Below, piece by piece: positions 24,227 to 34,370 of a stretch of DNA of 40,485 bases; the stretch's first letter is position 1; each line of letters begins with the position of its first letter. The notes beneath the pieces were generated by a model. That model had not been told where the DNA came from, searched no databases, and saw nothing but the letters and a program-made list of their open reading frames with translations. The DNA is from Chloroflexota bacterium (lineage in GTDB: Bacteria; Chloroflexota; Limnocylindria; Limnocylindrales; CSP1-4). The stretch lies in the NCBI GenBank assembly GCA_003158495.1, contig PMJT01000242.1:2243-42727 (forward strand), written 5' to 3'. The position numbers and the translations under genes were made by a program.

Positions 24227-24934
24227 ATGGAAGCCGTGACCATTGGAGCATTGTTCCTGCTCTCACTGTACTTGCCGGCCTCTGCTGCCGACCCGTCGGT
24301 GACGGCGGCCGGCACAGACACCCCGCTGTTGATCGTCCTCGGGATTGGAAGCGCCGCAGGAGTTGGAGCGCTCTTGAGCCTGACGGGCCATGCCGTCTGG
24401 AACATCTGTTGGCCGTACAGTTCGACCGGCGGTTGGAGGCAGGTATTGCCGAGGCGCTATTTCCATTGGGTTCACAGCGATTTCCGATGGGAGATTGCGG
24501 AGAAGCTGGGCCCCTATTGGGACGTGGCCGGGGAGCCTTGTCCGCGGGGCGGCGATCGAGCGATCGTCTCCACGGCCTTCCTGCTCTACACGGAGGCTCC
24601 GGCCGAGGTTCGAGGGTGGATCCGCCGGCGTCACAACAGGTTCAGCGACGCGCTCTCCGCCGCCGCGGCGATCCTGATGGGGGTCGTATCGGGCTTCGCG
24701 CTCTACCCGGACTTGAACGGGATGCGGTTGGGGCTGGTATTTGCACTCGTCGTTGTCGCCATTCTGACATTCGCCCATGGTCTCGAAGCCAGGCACCAAT
24801 CCATCGCGATGGAGAAGTACTGGTTCCTTCTGCGCGCGCACCACATGCTCGGGCCGGATCCTGCGACGCTGGTCGCTCTGGAGCCCGGCGGCGAGATCAC
24901 AGTTCGACCAAGTCTGCGTCCGGCTCGACACTGA
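24227..24934 (+). CDS. hypothetical 4-TM membrane protein
   Basis: ATG at 24227 has GGGGAGGA 6 nt upstream. There are two N-terminal and two C-terminal TM helices around a soluble segment of about 100 aa. I recognise no family. Confidence 0.55.
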   Translation: MEAVTIGALFLLSLYLPASAADPSVTAAGTDTPLLIVLGIGSAAGVGALLSLTGHAVWNICWPYSSTGGWRQVLPRRYFHWVHSDFRWEIAEKLGPYWDVAGEPCPRGGDRAIVSTAFLLYTEAPAEVRGWIRRRHNRFSDALSAAAAILMGVVSGFALYPDLNGMRLGLVFALVVVAILTFAHGLEARHQSIAMEKYWFLLRAHHMLGPDPATLVALEPGGEITVRPSLRPARH

Positions 24935-25057
24935 CGCTTCCTCGGCGCCGATGAGGTTGCGAGCAGCCTGGCGTCGAACGAGCCCGCCGCAATCCGGGAC
25001 ACCGGTGCACAGCCCTCGTCGCCTAGAGCGGCCTTCAATTGTCGGGAGCGGAGCGGG

Positions 25058-26560
25058 CTATGCGCTGGCTGGAGGCGGCGGGCCGTAGATTTCCACGGAA
25101 CTGAGGTACGTCGTTCCGTCGATGCCGCCGAAGATGAGAACAAGGCCATCGGCCAGGACGACCGAGGCGGCGCTCTCGCGGGCGGCCCCCAGCGCAGGCC
25201 CGGCCGTGAAGGTCGAGAGAGCGGGATCGAAGATTTCCGTCGCGTCGGTGGTGTCTCCGTCGAAACCACCGGCGATGAGGACGGTGCCGTCGGGCAGAAG
25301 CGAAACAGTCGGGTAGGCGCGAGAGGTCGTCATCGGCCCGACGCTGCGGAAGGTGCCGGACGTCGCGGAGAAGACCTCGGCCGAATCGAGAGCGTAGAAC
25401 TGGGTGTCGGTGCCACCGAGCACGAGGACCGTGCCATTCTGGAGAAGAACGGCCTTCGCGTACTGGCGCGCCTCGAACATCCCTCCGGTCTTGGCGAATT
25501 TGCCCGTGGTCGGGTCGTAGATCTCGGCGGTGTCTAGAGCTTTGTCGAGGTTGTCACCGCCGACGAGCAGAACGCGACCGTCCTGGAGGAGCACGGCATC
25601 CTGTCCGCCTCGGCCGCTGGTCATGGCGCCGGTCTTGGTGAACTTGTTCGTCTTGGGGTTGAAGATCTCGGCGGAGGAGAGGTGGGCGCCCTTGTTGTAG
25701 CCACCAGCGATCAGGACTCGTCCGTCGGCCAGAAGCGTCGCTGTGTGCTCGACTCGGCTCGTGGTCATCGAACTGATCGCGGTGAATTTGCCCGTCTTGG
25801 GGTCGTAGGTCTCGGCCGTGGCAACACGGTACTGACCGTCCGTGCCGCCCGTCATCAGGACTCGCCCGTCATTTAGCAACGTGGCGTCTTGCCAGAGTCG
25901 CGCCGAATGCATGCTGCCCGTCGCCGTGAATTTGCCGGTGGCCGCGTCGTAGATCTCGGCCGTGTTCGTAGGCTTGCCCTTGGCAATCTCGCCGCCCGCG
26001 ATCAGGACACGGCCGTCCTGGAGCAGCGTCGCCGTCGGGTCCATTCGCGGATGGATCATCGTGGCGGAGGCAGCCGTAAACACCGGCGGGGGAGTAGGAG
26101 TGGCCGTCGGAGTCGCTGTCGGCGTGGGCATCTCCGTGGGGGTGGCCGTGGGAGCCGGCGTCGAGCTTGCGGCCGCGACCGTGCTCGGCGGTGGCGTTGC
26201 CTTGGAACCCGAAGAGATCGCGCCGCTGGCTACGACGCCCCCGACGAGAACGACGACCAGTGCGATCCCGCCGACTATGAACAGTGGAGCTCGACGGGAG
26301 CGCTTCACCGCCGGCGTGGCCGGTGCCGCTGCTCCGAAGTAGGCCGGGGCACTCCCCGGGGCCGAAGCCCACGGCTGATCGCCGGCCGGCGGCGGAGTAG
26401 CGCCCCACGGGGCCTGCGGCGGAGTGGCGCCCCACGGGGCCGGCTGGCCTGCAGCAGTCAGCTGGCGGCCACAACGCGGGCAGACGCCTTCGCCCGCAAG
26501 CGGCAACGGCCCTCCACAAAACTGGCAGAAGCCCGCGGGCGGAATCTGACCCTCGGCCAT
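25058..26560 (-). CDS. Zn-ribbon / single-TM / Kelch-repeat beta-propeller protein
   Basis: The N-terminal '[20 protein letters not shown]' is a zinc ribbon. It is followed by a duplicated 'PWGATPP' Pro-rich segment, a TM helix, a PT linker, and seven ~48-aa repeats of the form '[12 protein letters not shown]...AEIYDPxTGKFTxxGxM'. Confidence 0.85.
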   Translation of the reverse strand: MAEGQIPPAGFCQFCGGPLPLAGEGVCPRCGRQLTAAGQPAPWGATPPQAPWGATPPPAGDQPWASAPGSAPAYFGAAAPATPAVKRSRRAPLFIVGGIALVVVLVGGVVASGAISSGSKATPPPSTVAAASSTPAPTATPTEMPTPTATPTATPTPPPVFTAASATMIHPRMDPTATLLQDGRVLIAGGEIAKGKPTNTAEIYDAATGKFTATGSMHSARLWQDATLLNDGRVLMTGGTDGQYRVATAETYDPKTGKFTAISSMTTSRVEHTATLLADGRVLIAGGYNKGAHLSSAEIFNPKTNKFTKTGAMTSGRGGQDAVLLQDGRVLLVGGDNLDKALDTAEIYDPTTGKFAKTGGMFEARQYAKAVLLQNGTVLVLGGTDTQFYALDSAEVFSATSGTFRSVGPMTTSRAYPTVSLLPDGTVLIAGGFDGDTTDATEIFDPALSTFTAGPALGAARESAASVVLADGLVLIFGGIDGTTYLSSVEIYGPPPPASA

Positions 26561-26956
26561 CGAACAACTCCCTCAAACCGCATGCGCTCGTCCACAACCA
26601 CACCGGAGGCGTGCTCGCAACGGGGACAAGCGGGGCAGGACTGACGGTCTCGCCGCCGAGCGAAATTGTACGCTCCGGGCAGGGTCGTTTCCGTCCGCTA
26701 ACTGTCGTCTAGCTGTCGCCACGACGGCAACAGCGGCAGCTGAAGGCTGGTTTGGTAGATCGACTCGATGCACCGGGACTCGCGGGACGTCGTTCTCGGG
26801 GGCTGCCGAGGATAAGGGAACGGCCCAATTCCGGTGCAGTTGCCTTTACGCATCCCTCGTGCCGCGCCTGAGCCCCACCCCGCCCACTCTTTCGGCCGGT
26901 TGTTCCAGCGGGAGTGAGTCGTAGGATGCTGGCCGGACACCTATGCCGGAGGGAAC

Positions 26957-28726
26957 ATGCGAAACCCGTACGACAGCGGAGCCGTGCGCCCGGTGAGGAG
27001 CCGGCACGTCGGCTCTGAAGAAGGCCCGCGCCCATCAAGCCTCGACAAGGCCACCGCCGCATCGGGCGGCCCCAGCGGCTCCACGGGCCCGCGCCCGGGC
27101 TCCGACGGCGAAGCGCACCTGCGTGAGATCCTGGAGGCCGCGGAGGCGTCCCTGCGCAGCGTCACAGACAACCACCAGGCGATGATCGCGGCCTCGCCGC
27201 TGGCGACGATCGCCCTGGACCTGGAAGGCCGGATCACCCTCTGGAATCCCGCCGCGGAGCGGACGTTCGGCTGGACGCGGGCAGAGGTGGTCGGCCGAAT
27301 CCTGCCGCATGTCCCGCCGAGCGAACTGCCCGAGATCCGCGAGATAATGCGGCGCGTCTCCGCCGGCGAGGTGATCGGCGGCATGGAACTGCGCCGCCAA
27401 CGCAAGAACGGCGGCGCGGTCCTGGCCGAATTGTATGCCGCGCCGCAACGCGATCCCGACGGCCGGATCGTCGGCGTCATGGAGCAGCTGGCCGACATCA
27501 CGGAGCGTCGGCAGTACGACGAGGCCCTGCTCCAGGCCCAGAAGATGGAGAGCATTGGCCGCCTGGCCGGCGGGATTGCCCACGACTTCAACAACATGCT
27601 GACCGCGATCTCTGGTTTCGCGGACCTCCTGGTCCAGGATTTGCCGGAGGAAGGCGACGCGAGGGACAGCGCCGAGACGATCAAGCGGGCGGCGTCGCAG
27701 GCAGCCGCCCTGACGCAGCAGTTGCTCGCCTTCTCGCGACGCCAGGTTCTGCAGCCGGTCGTACTGGACCCGGACGCAACGATCGAGGCGCTGGAGCCCA
27801 TGCTCCGCCGGCTCATCGGGGAGGACGTGGACCTGCGGGTGAGCCTCCGAGCCGCCCCGTGGCGGATGCGCGTCGACCCGTCCCAGCTCGAGCAGATCGT
27901 AATGAACCTGGTCGTCAACGCCCGTGATGCAATGCCCGACGGCGGACGGATTGTCGTCGAGACGGGCCGGGCCGCATTCGACTCGGCCTATGCCAGCGAG
28001 CACTTCGAGGTGACGCCGGGAAACTACGTCATGGTCGCGGTCAGCGACACCGGCATCGGCATGGACATGGCCACCCGGCAGCACATCTTCGAACCGTTCT
28101 TCACCACCAAGGAACCGGGCAAGGGTACGGGCCTGGGGCTGGCGACGATCTACGGCGTCGTCCGACAGAGCGGCGGCCACATCTGGCTCTACTCCGAGCC
28201 CGGCCAGGGCACGACCTTCAAGGTCTACTTCCCGGTGGTAGCGGATCCGATCGCTGAGCCCGAGGCGCTTCCCGCCGATGTCGCCGGCGGCACCGAAACG
28301 ATCCTCCTGGTCGAAGATGAGCCGCACGTCCGCGAACTGGCCCGAACGATCCTCGAGCGGTTGGGCTACACGGTCCTGGTCGCTGCCGATCCGCGCGAGG
28401 CCCTGGCCATCGTGGCGTCCCACTCCGAGCGGATCCACGGGCTCGTCTCGGATGTTGTGATGCCGGTCATGAGCGGCCCGGAGCTGGCGCGCCGGATCCG
28501 CCTGATGAGGCCGAACATCAGGACGCTCCTCCTCTCCGGCTACACGGACACAATCATCGACAACGACGACCAGCTAACCGGGAATGACGGCTTCCTCTCT
28601 AAGCCGTTCACGGCAAACGACCTGGCCGGCAAGGTGGCTGAAGTTCTCGCACTGCCGGGTGGGCATGGCATCGGCGCCGGCCATCGCGCTACGGCCGGGC
28701 GGGCCGCGGGCCGAGCCCTGCGCTGA
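26957..28726 (+). CDS. cytoplasmic PAS-domain hybrid histidine kinase (PAS-HisKA-HATPase-REC)
   Basis: PAS: '[22 protein letters not shown]'. H-box: '[16 protein letters not shown]'. N-box: '[10 protein letters not shown]'. G1: 'DTGIGM'. G2: 'GKGTGLGL'. The receiver has 'ILLVEDE', 'LVSDVVMP' and 'FLSKPF'. Confidence 0.9.
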   Translation: MRNPYDSGAVRPVRSRHVGSEEGPRPSSLDKATAASGGPSGSTGPRPGSDGEAHLREILEAAEASLRSVTDNHQAMIAASPLATIALDLEGRITLWNPAAERTFGWTRAEVVGRILPHVPPSELPEIREIMRRVSAGEVIGGMELRRQRKNGGAVLAELYAAPQRDPDGRIVGVMEQLADITERRQYDEALLQAQKMESIGRLAGGIAHDFNNMLTAISGFADLLVQDLPEEGDARDSAETIKRAASQAAALTQQLLAFSRRQVLQPVVLDPDATIEALEPMLRRLIGEDVDLRVSLRAAPWRMRVDPSQLEQIVMNLVVNARDAMPDGGRIVVETGRAAFDSAYASEHFEVTPGNYVMVAVSDTGIGMDMATRQHIFEPFFTTKEPGKGTGLGLATIYGVVRQSGGHIWLYSEPGQGTTFKVYFPVVADPIAEPEALPADVAGGTETILLVEDEPHVRELARTILERLGYTVLVAADPREALAIVASHSERIHGLVSDVVMPVMSGPELARRIRLMRPNIRTLLLSGYTDTIIDNDDQLTGNDGFLSKPFTANDLAGKVAEVLALPGGHGIGAGHRATAGRAAGRALR

Positions 28727-28727
28727 T

Positions 28728-29122
28728 TCAGGCAGACTCGGGCGCTGCGCGGTCCTTCGGCTGCCCCGATCCGACCACCGTCGTGGGCGCGTTGTGCACG
28801 TCCGTGACGGCGGGAATCTTGCCTCGGCCCCCTGCCTGGTAGTCGGAGAAGGCCTGGATGGCCTCCTCGCGCGTGTTCATCACGAAGGGTCCATCCAGGC
28901 GACGGGCTCGCCGATCGGCCGGCCGCCCAGGATCAGGAGGTCGAGGTTCGGGCTGCGGCTCTCCTGAACCTGCCGCGCGGCCACCTCGAGCGTGTTCCCG
29001 TTCCCAAAGACCGCGAGCTGGCCCATTTCTACCGGCCAGACCTCGGCGCCGACCGTGCCGTGTCCGGCCATCACGTAGAGTTGTGGGCGGCCGTCGCGGC
29101 CCGCGCCGATTTCAGGACTCCT
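28728..29122 (-). pseudogene. pirin-family remnant: C-terminal cupin only, with a frameshift
   Basis: The minus strand reads '...DGRPQLYVMAGHG...LLILGGRPIGEPVAW'. After a 1-nt shift near 28888-28890 it continues 'GPFVMNTREEAIQAFSDYQAGGRG...' to a stop at 28728-28730. An in-frame TAA at 29123-29125 closes the frame upstream. No N-terminal cupin domain is present. Confidence 0.55.
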
Positions 29123-29202
29123 TTAGCAGCGCGTGGCTAGGTATTCGCGGTCGATGCGCGTATCGTCGTACGTACGCGTCTCCACATGAGAGGTAACTGC
29201 AA

Positions 29203-30183
29203 ATGAAGCCATCCCACACGCGCTGGTTCGTACTCGCTCCGATTGGGGCGTTGCTGTTCGCGGGTGTGGCGTCCGTCGCCTTCTCGCTGGGTGTGGCCTC
29301 CTCGGGCCCAGTGGCCCAGGCAGCACAGCCGACGACCATCCCCGGCCATCCCGAGCTCGGGCCCGGCTGGCATGCGCCGACCTCGCTGGGCGGGGCATCC
29401 AGCCAGGTGACCATCGCGATCACGAAGATCGACGGCAGCAAACTGTCGCTGCAGACCACGGACGGCTGGACCCGGATCATCGACGCAACCGGCGCCACGG
29501 TAACGAAGGGCACCCAGACGATCGCCCTTGGCGATCTCAAGGTCGGCGACCAGATCACGTTCCGCGAGTCGCGCCAGAGTGATGGCACCTACAAAATCAC
29601 GACGATCCAGGTCTTCGTGCCGACCGCGGCCGGAACCGTGTCGTCGGTGGCGGACGGGTCGGTGACCATCACGCAGATCGGCGGGTCGTCGCGGACGCTC
29701 ACGCTGACCGGATCGACGACGTACACCCAGGGTGGCGCCAAGGTCTCCAAGGCCGCACTTGTCGTCGGGGTCCGGATCTCCGCGCAGGGCACGGTCGACT
29801 CTTCCGGCAACTTCACGGCGACAGCGGTCACGATCACGCCCTCGGCCGTCCTGGGCACGGTCGCGAGCAAGACGGCGACGTCGATCGCGGTCACGACCAC
29901 GGCCGGCAAGACGGTCACCGTGAACGTGTCGTCGACCACGAAGTACAACGTGCGAGGCGTCGCCTCGCCGACGCTCGCCGATGTCAGAGTCGGCTATCGA
30001 GTGCAGGCCCAGGGCACGCTCAACGCTGACGGCTCGCTCACGGCCACGGCCGTTTCGGCCAGCCCGGCCGATCAGCCGGGCTTCGGGCCGGGCGGCGGCT
30101 TCGGCGGATCCGGCAGGGGCGGCGGAAGGCGCGGCCAGCCGTTCCCACTCCCATCTGCCGGGGCATCGGCCCCGAGCATCTAG
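29203..30183 (+). CDS. secreted protein with three DUF5666-like repeats and a Gly-rich tail
   Basis: A signal or anchor segment ('WFVLAPIGALLFAGVASVAFSLGVA') comes first. Three units of the form 'G-V-sv-dgs-tv...G...v-v-v-s-TTy......a-l-dl-vG--v-v-G...dGs-tAt-v' follow. The protein ends 'GFGPGGGFGGSGRGGGRRG'. Confidence 0.75.
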   Translation: MKPSHTRWFVLAPIGALLFAGVASVAFSLGVASSGPVAQAAQPTTIPGHPELGPGWHAPTSLGGASSQVTIAITKIDGSKLSLQTTDGWTRIIDATGATVTKGTQTIALGDLKVGDQITFRESRQSDGTYKITTIQVFVPTAAGTVSSVADGSVTITQIGGSSRTLTLTGSTTYTQGGAKVSKAALVVGVRISAQGTVDSSGNFTATAVTITPSAVLGTVASKTATSIAVTTTAGKTVTVNVSSTTKYNVRGVASPTLADVRVGYRVQAQGTLNADGSLTATAVSASPADQPGFGPGGGFGGSGRGGGRRGQPFPLPSAGASAPSI

Positions 30184-30241
30184 CCCGCGGCGTCGCGCGC
30201 GGCGGGCCCGTTTGGCGGCTGACCGCCGGTCGGGCCTGGTA

Positions 30242-30478
30242 TCAGGGCTGGCGGCGCGCCGGCTTTGGCCTCGGTTCATTACGCTCGCGACGCTCGGCCT
30301 CGTCCGGCAGACGATCGCCCGCTTCCTTGCCCCGTTTCACCTGGCTGTCGAGAACCTGCTTGAACTGCTTGGCGAGACCTGTCCTCATGCCGGCTCGTGC
30401 ATGAGCCTCGGCATCCCGATCCCGCCGCCGCTCCCGGGCAGCCTCGGAAGGAGGCAGGTCTTCGTCGTACCCGTCCAT
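30242..30478 (-). CDS. small highly charged hypothetical protein
   Basis: The ORF is 78 aa and rich in Arg, Glu and Asp. Third-position G+C is about 70% by hand count. The overlapping plus-strand frame is Arg/Pro-rich shadow sequence until 30530. Confidence 0.4.
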   Translation of the reverse strand: MDGYDEDLPPSEAARERRRDRDAEAHARAGMRTGLAKQFKQVLDSQVKRGKEAGDRLPDEAERRERNEPRPKPARRQP

Positions 30479-30529
30479 GACCTCTGGGTTCGCTCCTTTC
30501 TCGCGGCGACCTGCTACGATCCGGCCGCG

Positions 30530-30928
30530 ATGGAACTCTACGGCGTCCGTATCCCTACGATCGTCACCGACAACGTGGCCGCCCGCTGCTCAGGTTGCGG
30601 AGAGCCAATCGAGGGCCGGCCCTGGCGGGTCAGCATCCTCGACATCGTAGCCCCCGAGGCGCCCGTTTCCTGGTCGGAGTCCGCCAGGCTCAACCCCGGC
30701 CCGTTCGAGTTCCACAGCGATCCGAGCCACGTTCTTGCCTGGATGGCCGCTCGCGGGACGCTCTTCTGCCGCCGGTCCCAGGTTCGCGAAGTCATGCGGC
30801 CGGTCTGGGTGCCGACCGAACCTGTCCGACTCGGGCTGTGTGACGGAATCCATCGCGACGATCACGAGTTCATCGACCCGGCTACGATGGCGGCCGATCC
30901 GGCCCCTTCCGCTGCCGATCGAAGCTGA
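30530..30928 (+). CDS. hypothetical protein with a CxxC motif
   Basis: ATG at 30530 lies in the frame of ORF 29981..30928. The segment 'MELYGVRIPTIVTDNVAARCSGCGEPIEGRPWRVSILD...' looks like a real protein. It ends 6 nt before galU. Confidence 0.5.
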   Translation: MELYGVRIPTIVTDNVAARCSGCGEPIEGRPWRVSILDIVAPEAPVSWSESARLNPGPFEFHSDPSHVLAWMAARGTLFCRRSQVREVMRPVWVPTEPVRLGLCDGIHRDDHEFIDPATMAADPAPSAADRS

Positions 30929-30934
30929 GGGCAG

Positions 30935-31810
30935 ATGCGAGTACGCAAGGCGGTCTTCCCGGCTGCGGGTTGGGGAACCCGTTTCCTTCCGGCCACCAAG
31001 GCCCAACCCAAGGAGATGCTCCCTCTCGTTGACAAACCGGTCATCCAGTACGCCGTCGAAGAGGCGGTCGAGGCCGGCATCGAGCAGGTCATCATCGTCA
31101 CCAGCAGCCAGAAGCGGGCTATCGAAGATCACTTCGATATCAGCACGGAACTGGAGCAGCTCCTCGAGGCCCGTGGCGACATAGAAATGCTGCGGCAGAT
31201 CCGCGCCATCTCGGATCTCGCCCAGATCTCCTACGTGCGCCAGAAGGAGCAGCTGGGCCTCGGTCACGCGGTCCTGATGGCCAAGGACCTTGTCGGCCAC
31301 GAGCCGTTCGCCGTGATCCTGTCCGACGACGTCGTGGTGGGAGAGCGGCCATGCATAGGCCAGCTCATCCACGCCTACCAGGAGACCCACAGCTCGGTCG
31401 TAGCGGTGATGGAAGTGCCGAACTCGGAGACGAGCCGCTACGGCATCATCGCCGGCGAGCCGGCCGCCTCGGGCGACGAGCGCCTCTACAAGGTCACGGG
31501 GCTCGTGGAGAAGCCCGCACCGGAAGACGCGCCTTCCAACCTCGCGATCATCGGCCGCTACATCCTGACGCCCAAGATCTTCGACAAGCTCGAGCAGACG
31601 CCTCGCGGCGCGGGCGGCGAGATCCAGCTGACAGACGCGATCGAGGCGCTCATGAAAGAGCAGGACGTCTACGGCTACGCCTTCGATGGCGTGAGATACG
31701 ATGCCGGAACCACGATGGGATGGCTCAAAGCGTCTGTAGAACTGGCGCTGCAGCGGCCGGACATTGGAGACGAGTTCCGGCATTACCTGCAGACGCTCGA
31801 CATTAGCTGA
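30935..31810 (+). CDS. galU: UTP--glucose-1-phosphate uridylyltransferase
   Basis: '[40 protein letters not shown]', '[15 protein letters not shown]' and 'VEKP' are canonical GalU motifs. The protein is 291 aa. Confidence 0.9.
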   Translation: MRVRKAVFPAAGWGTRFLPATKAQPKEMLPLVDKPVIQYAVEEAVEAGIEQVIIVTSSQKRAIEDHFDISTELEQLLEARGDIEMLRQIRAISDLAQISYVRQKEQLGLGHAVLMAKDLVGHEPFAVILSDDVVVGERPCIGQLIHAYQETHSSVVAVMEVPNSETSRYGIIAGEPAASGDERLYKVTGLVEKPAPEDAPSNLAIIGRYILTPKIFDKLEQTPRGAGGEIQLTDAIEALMKEQDVYGYAFDGVRYDAGTTMGWLKASVELALQRPDIGDEFRHYLQTLDIS

Positions 31811-31878
31811 GTCATGTAGGTCCGGAGCGCCGCCGGGGTTCGGGCGGGGCATCTGAGCAATCTGTAAGGGGTTCAATC

Positions 31879-33738
31879 GTGGCCGAGATCGGAAGCGTGA
31901 TCGGGGGCCGATACAGGCTCCTCGAACTGCTGGGCGACGGCAGCTTCGCGGCCGTCTTCCGGGCCGAGGACCTCGAGCAGAAGCGGGACGTCGCCGTCAA
32001 GCTTCTCCGCCCCGAGTTCGCCGGCAATCCGGACTTTATGTCGGACTTCCGCTGGCAGGCGCGGGCCGCGGCCAGCCTCAGCCACGAGAACATCGCCTCA
32101 GTCCTCGATTTCGGCACGGATCCGCTGGGCACATTCCTGGTAACTGAATACGTGGACGGAGCGGACCTGGCCACTCTCCTGGCCCGCAACGGACCCGTTC
32201 CGCCGCGACGTGCCGCGCGGGCCGCCGCCGAGGTGGCCCGCGCTCTCGCGGTCGCTCACGCCCGCGGTCTCTTCCACGGCGACCTCCGCCCCGGCAACGT
32301 GATGGTCAGTCGCGACGGTCACGTCAAGGTCACGGACTTCGGCGTCGCCCGCGCGGCCGCGGCGGTCTCGGATGCCCTGTCTTCCAACATCAAGCGCCGT
32401 GACGACGCCGTCTCTGGCGGCGTGGGCGCGGCCGGCCACCGGCCCGCGGCGGTCCCGTCGGAATCGGCGGACGTCGACGCCCTCGGCAGGCTCTTCTACG
32501 AGATGCTGACCGGTCGGGTGCCGTGGCCCGGCGATACTCCCGAGGCCCGAGCTGAGGCCAGGCGGGCGGGACCGCCGCCGCGGCCGTCGAGGATCAACCC
32601 GGCCGTTCCCGCGGCCCTGGACGACATCGCCCTGCGGGTATTCGCCCCCGCACCACCGTTGCGCTATGCCTCGGCCGGGGCGCTGGCCGGGGCGCTCACG
32701 TCGTTCCTGGACGGCGCCGCGCCTGCAGAACCGGCCGCCCCGGTCGTAGCGGCCCCGGCAGTCCCGCCGGCTCCCGCGCCTGTTTCGCCCTACTCGGCCG
32801 GCGCCACTACCTTCGCAGGTATTGGCGGATCCGCGACGGCAGGTGCCGCCGCAGGGGCCGCTGCAGGGGCCGCTGACGGCGGTACTGCCGGCAGGGGCCA
32901 GCGGGTCTTCGCGCCGGGCGCCTACGCCTCCGGAGCGCCGGGAATAGACCAGTTCGGCAACGACGAAGACGAGATGAACGGCTACTCACCCGAGCCCCAG
33001 CGGCCGCGTAGGCCGATCCATCGTTCGGCGGATCCGGAGCCGGAACCCGAGCCGTCGGGCGCCAGCCCATGGGCATGGGTCGCCGGGGTCCTCGGCATTC
33101 TGGTGATCGCAATCATCGGAGTGATCATCATTCTCCTGTTCAATGGGAGCGCGTCTTCGGCCACCGTGTACGCGCCGTACCTGGTCAATCTCTCGTCGGC
33201 ACAAGCGCAGCAGACCGCCGCGGCCCAGGGCCTCGTGGTCACGATTACCACGACGCCGAACGACACGGACAAGGCCGACGGCACGGTGGTGGACCAGAAC
33301 CCCGCCGCCGGCATTGCCATGCACAAGGGCGACACGATCAACATCACGATCCTCGGAGGCCAGGCTCTGGTGCAGGTGCCCAACCTCGTCGGTCTGACCG
33401 AAAGCGACGCCCTGTCGCGGCTCCAGGCCGCCGGACTCCAGGCTGGCGTGCGAACCGACCAGTACGACCCCACGTTCCCGGTCGGGCAGATCATCAGCAC
33501 GAACCCGCGCCAGGGGATCTCGGTCCAGCGCAATTCCACGGTGGACTACGTGGTGTCCAAGGGGCCGCAGCCCACCGACACGCCGACTCCTACTCCTACG
33601 CCGACTCCTACGCCGACGCCGACTCCTACGCCGACGCCGACGCCGACTCCAACCCCGACCCCCAAGCCGACGCCAACGCCCACACCGGCTCCAACGCCCA
33701 CACCGGCTCCGACGCTGACTCCGGCGCCGACGGTCTGA
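31879..33738 (+). CDS. PASTA-domain Hanks-type Ser/Thr kinase homologue with degenerate catalytic motifs (possible pseudokinase)
   Basis: The kinase fold is shown by '[10 protein letters not shown]', 'VAVKLL' and 'DFG'. The catalytic loop reads 'HGDLRPGN' instead of HRDxKPxN. The alpha-C Glu position is Gln ('FRWQA'), and there is no GTxxYxAPE segment. A TM helix ('[24 protein letters not shown]'), two PASTA domains and a C-terminal (PT)n tail follow. The GTG start has AAGGGG upstream. Confidence 0.85.
   Translation: MAEIGSVIGGRYRLLELLGDGSFAAVFRAEDLEQKRDVAVKLLRPEFAGNPDFMSDFRWQARAAASLSHENIASVLDFGTDPLGTFLVTEYVDGADLATLLARNGPVPPRRAARAAAEVARALAVAHARGLFHGDLRPGNVMVSRDGHVKVTDFGVARAAAAVSDALSSNIKRRDDAVSGGVGAAGHRPAAVPSESADVDALGRLFYEMLTGRVPWPGDTPEARAEARRAGPPPRPSRINPAVPAALDDIALRVFAPAPPLRYASAGALAGALTSFLDGAAPAEPAAPVVAAPAVPPAPAPVSPYSAGATTFAGIGGSATAGAAAGAAAGAADGGTAGRGQRVFAPGAYASGAPGIDQFGNDEDEMNGYSPEPQRPRRPIHRSADPEPEPEPSGASPWAWVAGVLGILVIAIIGVIIILLFNGSASSATVYAPYLVNLSSAQAQQTAAAQGLVVTITTTPNDTDKADGTVVDQNPAAGIAMHKGDTINITILGGQALVQVPNLVGLTESDALSRLQAAGLQAGVRTDQYDPTFPVGQIISTNPRQGISVQRNSTVDYVVSKGPQPTDTPTPTPTPTPTPTPTPTPTPTPTPTPTPKPTPTPTPAPTPTPAPTLTPAPTV
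33577..33735 (+). repeat. coding hexanucleotide-type (ACN-CCN) repeat tract encoding the (Pro-Thr)n tail
   Basis: CCGACTCCTACGCCGACG-type units are reiterated. A perfect 18-nt tandem duplication, CAACGCCCACACCGGCTC x2, lies at 33674-33709. Confidence 0.8.
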
Positions 33739-33739
33739 G

Positions 33740-34261
33740 CTATCCCTTCCGGGTTACCGCGCGTATGCCGCGGCGCCAGCCGGTCGGCTCGGAGTGGCCC
33801 GGCACGGGTCCCCACGGTCGCGAGCGAATAGAACCAACGTGCTGCTGCCCGTGGGGATCTGGTTCGCGGACCGAGCCCGACTCGGTCCACATGCCGTGGT
33901 TTGGTGCATCCTTGTCCGGCCCCACGTCGGTCGAGGCGGCTGCTCCCCACATGCCGGTCTGCTCCGCGGCGCTTGTTGACGCCGGTCCCGCGACGCGGCT
34001 CGTGGCCACCGCCGTCGCGGCCTCAAGGGCGCCGTCCAGCATGTGAATGGCCTCGGCCGGGGTCCTTTCCCAGCACGAACGCTCTTCCTCGCCGGTCAGC
34101 GGCTCGCGGCGCCTGTCCAGGGCGCAGTAGCCGAGCCGGCCGGCGACAGATCTTCGGAAGTGGCGGCAGGTCGCGCAGGAGGTGGTGGAGCGACGGCAAA
34201 CCCAGCACCGCGACGTCTCCGGTTGCGGTGATCCACAGTGCGGGCAGCGCCAGCTCGCCAT
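33740..34261 (-). CDS. Cys-rich (multi-CxxC) zinc-finger-like protein with a disordered C-terminus
   Basis: ATG at 34261 begins '[37 protein letters not shown]...YCALD...SCWER', with three CxxC pairs. The upstream 33 codons of ORF 33740..34360 were not used. The extent of the C-terminus is uncertain. Confidence 0.5.
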   Translation of the reverse strand: MASWRCPHCGSPQPETSRCWVCRRSTTSCATCRHFRRSVAGRLGYCALDRRREPLTGEEERSCWERTPAEAIHMLDGALEAATAVATSRVAGPASTSAAEQTGMWGAAASTDVGPDKDAPNHGMWTESGSVREPDPHGQQHVGSIRSRPWGPVPGHSEPTGWRRGIRAVTRKG

Positions 34262-34370
34262 GTCGCGATTGTAGCTGCGAAGCGCGGCCACGGATAGCGG
34301 CCGCCCAGCCGCCTCAGACTCGATTCGCGACGCGAGACGCAGGCTCGGATCGGTCCGCACGGCGGGCCGC

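Noticed and set aside
24227-24934. The four-TM protein with a helical C-terminal half vaguely recalled SLATT-type effector domains of conflict systems.
   Set aside because: I can name no diagnostic motif, and there is no nucleotide-cyclase, SLOG or other defence partner nearby. This is pure impression, so I do not claim it.
26808-26846. A cobalamin-riboswitch-like string, 'GATAAGGGAACGGCCCAATTCCGGTGCAG', in the Kelch/histidine-kinase spacer.
   Set aside because: It lacks the GGTG...AATCC register and the B12 box (GCCACTG). Neither flanking gene is B12-related. A covariance-model scan would be needed to revive this.
27035-28438. Very long antisense or off-frame ORFs. Examples: 27035..28438(-), 26941..27918(-), 30590..31876(-), 36503..37621(-), 37111..38463(-), 34096..35595(-), 14032..15231(+), 8676..9725(-), 11270..12184(+), 29137..30279(-), 21081..22292(+).
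   Set aside because: They overlap genes with clear family signatures on the other strand or frame. They are Arg/Pro/Gly-rich in the way typical of shadow ORFs in high-GC DNA, and they carry no recognisable motifs.
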